This document shows, one piece after another, positions 56,739-64,000 of a stretch of DNA of 64,000 bases. Below the pieces are notes generated by a model. That model made no database searches. It saw nothing but the letters and a program-made list of their open reading frames with translations, and was not told the DNA's origin. This DNA comes from Smithellaceae bacterium (GTDB taxonomy: Bacteria > Desulfobacterota > Syntrophia > Syntrophales > Smithellaceae), in NCBI GenBank assembly GCA_963667845.2, contig CAXXVL010000002.1, forward strand, positions 416,001-480,000, written 5' to 3'. A program made the position numbers and the translations under genes. How positions within the stretch are numbered: the stretch's first letter is position 1; each line of letters starts with the position of its first letter.

Positions 56739-57224
56739 ATGATATTTACCGGAAAAGTCTGGAAATTCGGAGACAACATTGATACCGACGCCATTATTCC
56801 CGCGCGTTATCTCAACACATCGGATCCGGCGGAGCTGGCCAAACACTGCATGGAAGACGCGGACCCTGATTTTATGAAGAAGATGAAGCCGGGCGACATT
56901 ATCCTCGGCGGCGAAAACTTCGGCTGCGGATCATCGCGGGAGCATGCCCCCATCGCCATCAAAGCGGCGGGAATCTCCTGCGTCGTGGCCAAGAGTTTTG
57001 CGAGAATTTTCTACCGTAACGCCTTCAATATGGGGCTGCCCATTTTCGAATCAAAAGATCTGACGGATGCAATCGCCGAGGGCCGGGAAATCACCATTGA
57101 CAGCGCCCGGGGAATGATTACTGTTGCCGGTTCGGATCAGACATTTCCAATCAGCCCGATACCGCCTTTTATGGAGCAGCTCATCGCTGACGGCGGCCTG
57201 ATGAAACATATCGCCAAGAAATGA
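56739..57224 (+). CDS. leuD: 3-isopropylmalate dehydratase small subunit
   Basis: [35 protein letters not shown]. Confidence 0.95.
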   Translation: MIFTGKVWKFGDNIDTDAIIPARYLNTSDPAELAKHCMEDADPDFMKKMKPGDIILGGENFGCGSSREHAPIAIKAAGISCVVAKSFARIFYRNAFNMGLPIFESKDLTDAIAEGREITIDSARGMITVAGSDQTFPISPIPPFMEQLIADGGLMKHIAKK

Positions 57225-57231
57225 GGGAAGC

Positions 57232-58326
57232 ATGACGAACAAGGAATTCAAAATCGCCGTTTTCGCCGGAGACGGCGTCGGCCCTGAAATTATGGCAGAG
57301 GCGTTAAAGGTTTTGCAGCTCATCACCGCTGCACGGCATATTCTCGTCGGGATAACAGAGGGGCTTATCGGCGGCAGCGCCTATGATGCCTGCGGCACGC
57401 CGTTTCCGGATGCGAGTCTGAATCTTGCACTGCAAAGCGACGCGGTTTTGCTGGGCGCTGTAGGCGGCCCGAAGTGGGAGGGCCTGGATTACAGTGTCCG
57501 TCCCGAACGGGCGCTATTGGGATTGCGCGAAAAGCTCGGCCTTTATGCCAATCTGCGGCCCGTGGTCGTCTTCGACGAGTTGCTCGATGCTTCTCCGCTG
57601 AAGAAAGACATCGTCAGGGGCATCGATATCATGATCCTGCGGGAATTGACCGGCGATGTTTACTTCGGCAAACCCCGCGGTGTGACGAAAGATCGGGAAG
57701 GCCGCCGCACCGGTGTTAACACGATGATCTACACGGAAGAGGAAATCCGCCGCATCGCGGTACGCGCCTTCGACCTGGCGCGCGGACGCCGGAAAAATCT
57801 CCTGTCCGTGGACAAAGCCAATGTTCTGGAATCGACCGAACTGTGGCGCACCGTAGTCACGGAAGTGGGGCGGGATTACCCCGACGTGGCGCTGAAACAC
57901 ATGTACGTTGATAATTGCGCCATGCAGCTCATCCGCAATCCGGGGCAGTTTGACGTGATTGTGACCACGAATTTGTTCGGCGATATCTTGAGCGATGAAG
58001 CCGCGATGCTCACGGGTTCCATCGGCATGCTGCCGTCGGCCAGCCTCGGGGCGGGCAAGGCCCTGTATGAACCGATTCACGGGTCGGCGCCGGATATCGC
58101 GGGGAAAAACATCGCCAACCCGCTGGCGACGATTCTATCGGTGGCGATGATGCTGAGGTATTCACTTGATCGACCCGGAGAAGCAGCTTTAATCGAAAGA
58201 GCCGTGGCGGAAGTTTTAAAAGACGGCTGGCGAACGCAGGATATTTATTCAACGGGCGGCCGGCTCGCCAACACCCAGGACATGGGAAACGCGGTGATTC
58301 AAAAGCTTGAATCATTGATCCATTGA
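57232..58326 (+). CDS. leuB: 3-isopropylmalate dehydrogenase
   Basis: [57 protein letters not shown]. Confidence 0.96.
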   Translation: MTNKEFKIAVFAGDGVGPEIMAEALKVLQLITAARHILVGITEGLIGGSAYDACGTPFPDASLNLALQSDAVLLGAVGGPKWEGLDYSVRPERALLGLREKLGLYANLRPVVVFDELLDASPLKKDIVRGIDIMILRELTGDVYFGKPRGVTKDREGRRTGVNTMIYTEEEIRRIAVRAFDLARGRRKNLLSVDKANVLESTELWRTVVTEVGRDYPDVALKHMYVDNCAMQLIRNPGQFDVIVTTNLFGDILSDEAAMLTGSIGMLPSASLGAGKALYEPIHGSAPDIAGKNIANPLATILSVAMMLRYSLDRPGEAALIERAVAEVLKDGWRTQDIYSTGGRLANTQDMGNAVIQKLESLIH

Positions 58327-58352
58327 ACGAACAACAAAGGAGACACCCTGCC

Positions 58353-58754
58353 TTGAAAGGGAAAATTCTGGTAGTCGACGACGAAGCGTCAGTCCGTGAA
58401 TTATTTTCCGGTGTATTCGTCGAAGAAGACTATGAAGTGATTGCCGCGGAAACCGGCGATCAGGCATTGGACATTCTCGGGCGGGACGACATCGACGTCA
58501 TTTTTCTGGACTTGAAGCTTTTCGGCATGAACGGCGTTGACCTCTGCCGCCGGATTCGCAAGACCAAGCCTGTGTCGATGATCTTTGCCATCACCGGCTG
58601 GGCGCCGCTTTTTGACATCGAGGAATGCCGCGAAGCCGGTTTCGACGATTACTTTGAAAAGCCTTTGAACATGGACATCCTGCTCTCCGTCGTTGTCGAT
58701 TCGTTTAAAAAACTCGACCGCTGGAAGAGACGCTACACGAATACTCAAAAATAA
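58353..58754 (+). CDS. Single-domain response regulator (CheY-like)
   Basis: ILVVDDE, IFLDLKL..MNG, AITG, FEKP. TTG start follows AGGAGA. Confidence 0.88.
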   Translation: MKGKILVVDDEASVRELFSGVFVEEDYEVIAAETGDQALDILGRDDIDVIFLDLKLFGMNGVDLCRRIRKTKPVSMIFAITGWAPLFDIEECREAGFDDYFEKPLNMDILLSVVVDSFKKLDRWKRRYTNTQK

Positions 58755-58773
58755 GGAGACCGACAGGCCGGAC

Positions 58774-59397
58774 ATGCTCAATTCCGTCACCATTATCGAA
58801 AAGATAATCCTTGATCCCCCCACAGCTAAAATCTATTCCCGTCTCGGTTACCGCAAAAAGCTGACGTCCCTTTCCTCTGTCCGGGAGAAAGAAACAAACC
58901 GTTATATCGAAGAAGCCGTCGCACTCATTTCCCTTCAGGGAGTCTTTCTCAGATTGTCCATCCTGGAAAATAACAGCGGGGTCGTCCGGCTCGCAGGAGG
59001 GCTCTCGCTGGAGAGCATAAAGTTGGCTCACTTTCTGGATGCGTGCACGGAGGCCGTGCTCATGGGAGCGACATCCGGCAACGCTGTCATGGAGGGGATC
59101 AGAAATAGAACGAGCGAAGACAATCTGACAGCGGCAGTTGTTTATGATGCGACGGCCAGTGAAATGACCGATGCGGCCCTTGATTGGCTCATGTCTTATA
59201 TCAACCGACAGCTGCGGCGCGAGGGCAAACAGCTTTTGAAGCGGCGCTTTTCAGCCGGCTATGGAGATTTTGCGCTCACGAATCAAGAAGGAATATACAA
59301 GCAACTGCACCTGGAAAGAATCGGCGTAGCCCTCACCCCGAGTTTCTTGCTGATTCCTGAAAAATCCGTCACGGCGATCGGCGGAATCCCCGGATGA
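58774..59397 (+). CDS. Stand-alone B12-dependent methionine synthase activation-domain-like protein
   Basis: RRFSAGYGDFAL..Q, IGVALTPSFLLIPEKSVTAI. Confidence 0.82.
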   Translation: MLNSVTIIEKIILDPPTAKIYSRLGYRKKLTSLSSVREKETNRYIEEAVALISLQGVFLRLSILENNSGVVRLAGGLSLESIKLAHFLDACTEAVLMGATSGNAVMEGIRNRTSEDNLTAAVVYDATASEMTDAALDWLMSYINRQLRREGKQLLKRRFSAGYGDFALTNQEGIYKQLHLERIGVALTPSFLLIPEKSVTAIGGIPG

Positions 59398-59448
59398 CAA
59401 TAATTTGATATTGATTTTCTGACTCTGACGCTCTAAGGTTTCGCTCTT

Positions 59449-61812
59449 ATGAACGAAAATGACCCGGCATCGGGAAAAACAGATAACACCATGAGAAATG
59501 CAGTCCAGCGCCTCCACGATCTCGAGGCCGCCATTAACCGTGGGCCGGTGATCTATTGCATCTGGCGTTTCGCCGAAGGGGCGCCGGTGGAATATATATC
59601 GAACAATATTATTCAATGGGGTTATACGCCGGAAGATTTCATGTCCGGACGCAAAACGTGGTACAGCATCACGCATCACGATGACATTTGCCGCCTCCAA
59701 CTGGAAATTCGCAAAAATCTGAAAAACAAAATCCCGATGTTTGAGCAAAGCTACCGGGTACTTGATAGTAAAGGTGAAATCCGCTGGATTCAAGACCAGA
59801 CGGTATTTATATACGACCGTGCGGGTCTTGTTACTCACCTGCAGGGTTCCATCCTTGATGTGTCCGAACAAAATCAAACCAGGCAGACTCTGCATGAGAC
59901 GCAAAATCTCTACCAAACCGTATTTGAGAATGCGGGAACGGCCATCGGCATTGCCGATCAGGACAGAAATATCCTGCTCGGTAATAAGAAAATGGAGGAA
60001 CTCACGGGATATACGCTGGCGGAACTGGCCGACGGAAAGAAACAATGGGATTCTTTCATTACCGCTCCGGACAGCGAATTTCTGAAAAGCCGGCACAAGA
60101 AACGACTGGCTGAACCGTCCACGCCTCCGCATCAATATGATGTTCGTATCATAACCAAAGGCGGCTCGATGAAGGATATTCAGCTGACGGCGACTTTGAT
60201 ACCCGGAACACAAAGATCCCTTGTCTCCATATTGGACATCACGGACCGCGCTCAGGCGGAAAGAGAACTCAGGGAGTCCAGGGAACGCCTCCAGGAACTG
60301 TTGGCCAGATCATCCGACATCATTGCCGTTGTGGACGATCAGGGAATCTTTCAATATATCTCCCCGTCGGTTAAAAGGATTCTGCGTTATGATCAGTGCG
60401 ATTTGATCGGCAGGAGCTGTCTGGATTTCATCCATCCCGATGAAACGGAAACGATCCTCACCGAGCTTAAGGATCTGATCCTTTCTCGGAATGACGGTAT
60501 CGCCACGGAATTCCGTTTTCGCACCGCCACCGGCGATTGGACGTACTTGGAAGCGCTGGGGAGCAACTGTCTCCATAACCCGGCCATTCGCGGTATCATC
60601 ATCAATGCACGCGACGTGACGGAGCGCAAGCGTCTGGAACTGCAGCTGCTCCATTCGCAGAAGATGGAGGCCATCGGGCGGCTCGCCGGAGGCATCGCTC
60701 ACGACTTCAACAATATCCTCATGGGCATTCAGGGATATATTTCTCTCTTGCTCTTGAAAACGGATACGGTTCATGCCGATTTCGAAAAACTCATCAATAT
60801 CCAGGCGCTCGTGCAAAGCGGCGCGGATCTCACCGGCAAACTGCTGGGATTTGCCCGCGGCGGCCGCTATGAACTGAAAGCAACGGACATCAACACCCTG
60901 ATTGCAAGAACCGTCAATTTATTCGGCCGAACCAAAAAAGAAATCGCCGTGCATCAGAAATACGAAAAGAAACCCTGGACGGTCGAGGTGGACCGCGTCC
61001 AGATCGAGCAGGTCATTCTCAATCTGCTGGTCAATGCCGGACAGGCGATGCCCCAGGGCGGAGACATCTATGTGGAAACCGAAAATGTCGCAGTCGGCCG
61101 TTCATCTCGCGCAGAAGATCTCGAACCGGGAGACTATATAAAAATCAGCATTACGGACACCGGCCTGGGAATGGATGAAGAAACACGGCAAAAGATTTTT
61201 GAACCCTTCTTTACGACGAAGGAAAAAGTCCGGGGCGTGGGCCTGGGACTGGCGTCCGCCTTCGGCATCATCAAAGAACACGGGGGAATCATCACCGTGG
61301 TGAGCGAACCGGGAAAAGGCACGACCTTCACAATTTACCTCACAACCTCCGACAAGGACATACCAAAAGAAAATTATGACGTCAAAGCCACCCTGACCGG
61401 GGATGAAGCAATCCTGCTGGTGGACGACGAATCGTCCATCATCGAAGTCTGCCGCGATATTTTAGCAAGTCTTGGATACAAAATATTCACGGCGGGAAAC
61501 GGCCGGGAAGCCGTTGCGCTTTATGCCCTCAATAAGGAAAAGATTGATCTCGTCCTTTTAGACATGATCATGCCCGGATTAAACGGCGCCGAAACATATA
61601 ATCAGTTGAAGTCCATCAATCCTCACGTCAAGGTCATTTTGTCCACGGGGTACAGCGGAAGCGAAGAGGCCCAGAAGATTCTGGACCGAGGCTGTTCGGG
61701 ATTGATCCAGAAACCTTTTCGCATCGAGGATCTGTCGCAGAAGATACGCGAAGTCCTCGATGCGGATGCCGAACTGCAGGAGAAGCCCGGACAAAACCAT
61801 GCGATTCTCTGA
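59449..61812 (+). CDS. Hybrid histidine kinase (3xPAS-HisKA-HATPase-REC, CckA-like)
   Basis: QKMEAIGRLAGGIAHDFNN, NLLVNA, FEPFFTTK, GLGLA, C-terminal ILLVDDE...LLDMIMP. Confidence 0.94.
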   Translation: MNENDPASGKTDNTMRNAVQRLHDLEAAINRGPVIYCIWRFAEGAPVEYISNNIIQWGYTPEDFMSGRKTWYSITHHDDICRLQLEIRKNLKNKIPMFEQSYRVLDSKGEIRWIQDQTVFIYDRAGLVTHLQGSILDVSEQNQTRQTLHETQNLYQTVFENAGTAIGIADQDRNILLGNKKMEELTGYTLAELADGKKQWDSFITAPDSEFLKSRHKKRLAEPSTPPHQYDVRIITKGGSMKDIQLTATLIPGTQRSLVSILDITDRAQAERELRESRERLQELLARSSDIIAVVDDQGIFQYISPSVKRILRYDQCDLIGRSCLDFIHPDETETILTELKDLILSRNDGIATEFRFRTATGDWTYLEALGSNCLHNPAIRGIIINARDVTERKRLELQLLHSQKMEAIGRLAGGIAHDFNNILMGIQGYISLLLLKTDTVHADFEKLINIQALVQSGADLTGKLLGFARGGRYELKATDINTLIARTVNLFGRTKKEIAVHQKYEKKPWTVEVDRVQIEQVILNLLVNAGQAMPQGGDIYVETENVAVGRSSRAEDLEPGDYIKISITDTGLGMDEETRQKIFEPFFTTKEKVRGVGLGLASAFGIIKEHGGIITVVSEPGKGTTFTIYLTTSDKDIPKENYDVKATLTGDEAILLVDDESSIIEVCRDILASLGYKIFTAGNGREAVALYALNKEKIDLVLLDMIMPGLNGAETYNQLKSINPHVKVILSTGYSGSEEAQKILDRGCSGLIQKPFRIEDLSQKIREVLDADAELQEKPGQNHAIL

Positions 61813-61868
61813 CCGATAAGCTTCAGACACCTCCGTCATCTCAGCGCAGACAATGATTTCGCCTTTGG

Positions 61869-63476
61869 TCAGAATTTCTTCTTCAGCTCCTGCTTCAAAA
61901 TCTTGCCCGTCGGATTTCTCGGGAAGTCCTTCATGAACTCGACAAATTCCGGCAGTTTATATTTGGCGATTTTATCGGCAAGATAGGCTTTTACCTCATC
62001 CGCCGTCATCTCGCAGTTTTCCTTCAGAATAACACAGGCCCGGACGCGCTCTCCCAGCGCCTTGTCGGGAGCGCCGATCACGGCGGCTTCGGCGATCTTC
62101 GGGTGCTTCTCCAGAGGTATCTCAATCTCGCGCGGATAGATGTTTTCGCCGCCCCGGTTGATCATTTCCTTCTTGCGTCCGGAAATATAGACATACCCCA
62201 TTTCATCCATGTGCCCCATGTCGCCGGTATGCAGCCAGCCGTCTTTCAGCGACTCGGCCGTGGCTTCGGGTTTATTCAGGTAACCGATCATGACGGCGTC
62301 ACCCCGGACGCAGATTTCACCGCGCTCGCCGTAGGGCAGGATATTATTTGCATCGTCCATGATTTCGACCTCGAGGCCGGGGAACGGCATGCCGATGGAA
62401 CCGATGTTCTGAGGAATGCCCGACGAGGTTGTCGAAACGCCGGTCGCTTCCGTGAGGCCGTAACCGTCCACCACCTCAACACCGTACTTTTCTTTGAAGC
62501 CGTGAATCAGGTCCACCGGCATGGGTGCAGCTCCGGTGAAGGCCATTCTCAATTTCAGTTTGTCAACTTCGATCATTTTGGGATCGGCGGCATTGTAAAT
62601 GTAGGCATACATCGCCGGCACGCCCTGAACGGTCGTGACGCCGTAGCGCGTCAGCGACGGCCAGAAATCCGCGGGGGAAAAGGTCCGGCGGATGCAGAGC
62701 GTCAGCCCCTGATAGATGGTCGGATAGGTCCAGACGCAAAGCGGATTCACATGGAACATCGGCAGAATAATCAGGAAGACATCACCGGGCAGGCTTGTGC
62801 CGAACACAGCCTTGCCCTTGCAGATGGCCAGTTCGTTGCGGTGGGACAGCAAAATGCCCTTGGGCATGCCCGTCGTGCCGGATGAATATAACAACATGAT
62901 CGGATCATCCGGAGACTGCGGAACCAGGGTTTCATCGCTGGGATAGCGCGCCAGGATGTCCGCAAGGGTCGTCTCGGCAATTTGGGCGGAATGTTCAATT
63001 CCGGTAACGACTTCGACAACAATCGGTTTGTGTTCGGAGAGCTGCCAGCCCTTCGCGAATTCATCCATATAGTCGCTGCCGACAAAGGCCACCTTCGGCC
63101 GGGAATCCGTAAGCACGTAAGCGATCTCCGGCCCTTTGAGCATGTAATTCACCGCGCCGGTGACGGCGCCCAGTTTCTGGGCTCCGAACATCGTGTAGTA
63201 GATCTCCGGGGCGTTCAAAATCATGACGGAAACAATGTCTCCCTTCCCGACACCTTTTTCTTTCAGGTAGTGCGCGACGGCATTGGCCCGGTCATTAACC
63301 TGCGCGTAAGTGAGGACATCGTCGTAGTAATACACGAGCGGCTGATCCGGGCTTTCCCGGACGCGCGTCAAAAACATCTCGGCGATATTTGTAAATTCAA
63401 TTGCCCGCCCCTTCAGAGTGGACAGCCTTTCGAGCGGCACATACGTGCGCTGATAGCGCTTGCTTTTGTCAACCAT
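61869..63476 (-). CDS. Long-chain-fatty-acid--CoA ligase (class I adenylate-forming)
   Basis: YSSGTTGMPKG, PMFH, GYGLTE, WLHTGD, GRKKEMINRGGENIYPREIE, PRNPTGKILK. Confidence 0.93.
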   Translation of the reverse strand: MVDKSKRYQRTYVPLERLSTLKGRAIEFTNIAEMFLTRVRESPDQPLVYYYDDVLTYAQVNDRANAVAHYLKEKGVGKGDIVSVMILNAPEIYYTMFGAQKLGAVTGAVNYMLKGPEIAYVLTDSRPKVAFVGSDYMDEFAKGWQLSEHKPIVVEVVTGIEHSAQIAETTLADILARYPSDETLVPQSPDDPIMLLYSSGTTGMPKGILLSHRNELAICKGKAVFGTSLPGDVFLIILPMFHVNPLCVWTYPTIYQGLTLCIRRTFSPADFWPSLTRYGVTTVQGVPAMYAYIYNAADPKMIEVDKLKLRMAFTGAAPMPVDLIHGFKEKYGVEVVDGYGLTEATGVSTTSSGIPQNIGSIGMPFPGLEVEIMDDANNILPYGERGEICVRGDAVMIGYLNKPEATAESLKDGWLHTGDMGHMDEMGYVYISGRKKEMINRGGENIYPREIEIPLEKHPKIAEAAVIGAPDKALGERVRACVILKENCEMTADEVKAYLADKIAKYKLPEFVEFMKDFPRNPTGKILKQELKKKF

Positions 63477-63492
63477 GGAATGTCCCTTTCTT

Positions 63493-64000
63493 TTACTTTT
63501 CTATTTTTATTTTATTTTTTTTATTTTCGGTCTTTCTTTCCTGCCGTTCATCGAGCCGCTTCTTGTATTCGTTGATGAATTCCTTGGACGACAGGTATTT
63601 GTCGGCAAAAGATACAATATAGGACTCCTTGTATTTGGGCGGCACCAGCGTCAGAGGCCACATGTGTCTTTTAATAATGTCCTCTTCAATCTCATTAATT
63701 GAAAAATGCTTTTTGGCGTTGGCCACGGCGATCGCCGGATGCGCAAGCCCGTGGAATTTTTTTCGGGGCAGATCGGGGACGTCATGATTGCGCCAGTCAT
63801 ACAAAAAGAAATCATGCAAGAGTGCCCCGCGGGCGGTCGATCGATAGTCCAGCTTAAAATATTTGCTGATCCGGTAAGAAAAATAGGCCACGTCATTCAC
63901 ATGGGCATAAATCGAGGAGTTATGATGAAAGAAGTCTTTGAGCTTCAAGAACTCTTCGTGCTGCAGAATATCCTGCACGATTTCGTAGTATTCTTTTTCA
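63493..64000 (-). CDS. HD-domain phosphohydrolase (5' end probably beyond the window)
   Basis: ARGALLHDFFLYDW, HG..HP, IIKRHMWPL, VSFADK; the frame stays open to the window edge (EKEYYEIVQ...). Confidence 0.88.
   Translation of the reverse strand, partial: EKEYYEIVQDILQHEEFLKLKDFFHHNSSIYAHVNDVAYFSYRISKYFKLDYRSTARGALLHDFFLYDWRNHDVPDLPRKKFHGLAHPAIAVANAKKHFSINEIEEDIIKRHMWPLTLVPPKYKESYIVSFADKYLSSKEFINEYKKRLDERQERKTENKKNKIKIEK

Overview
A gene-dense chromosomal window. Gene content (several acyl-CoA ligases, an acyl-CoA dehydrogenase, a Gct-type CoA transferase, PAS kinases, sigma54 systems, a deltaproteobacterial-type porin) suggests an anaerobic fatty-acid-degrading deltaproteobacterium such as Smithella/Syntrophaceae; the taxon is an inference. 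I found no rRNA, tRNA, CRISPR array, transposase or integrase. Main blocks, left to right: (1) a sigma54-driven porin running off the left edge; (2) a beta-CASP RNase; (3) an MFS transporter and an uncharacterised 741-aa protein, divergent from a non-acylating ALDH/Fe-ADH fusion; (4) TetR, ADP-forming acyl-CoA ligase and acyl-CoA dehydrogenase; (5) NfeD-SPFH; (6) two HisKA_3/NarL systems, each followed by a boxed target (a solute-binding protein plus CoA transferase; a permuted Pat-like ligase-GNAT); (7) acs with a structured leader; (8) mrfAB followed by a decayed duplicate of the mrfB 3' end; (9) a ZraSR-like system, a Spy/CpxP-like gene and a MacB-type ABC cluster; (10) leuACDB behind an unannotated Leu-rich attenuator; (11) a hybrid kinase, an acyl-CoA ligase and an HD protein. 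The strongest novelty candidate is the 741-aa protein, which reads as HTH-like + degenerate class III cyclase-like + TPR and faces the ALDH-ADH fusion. All protein calls come from motif reading by eye; no database search was run.
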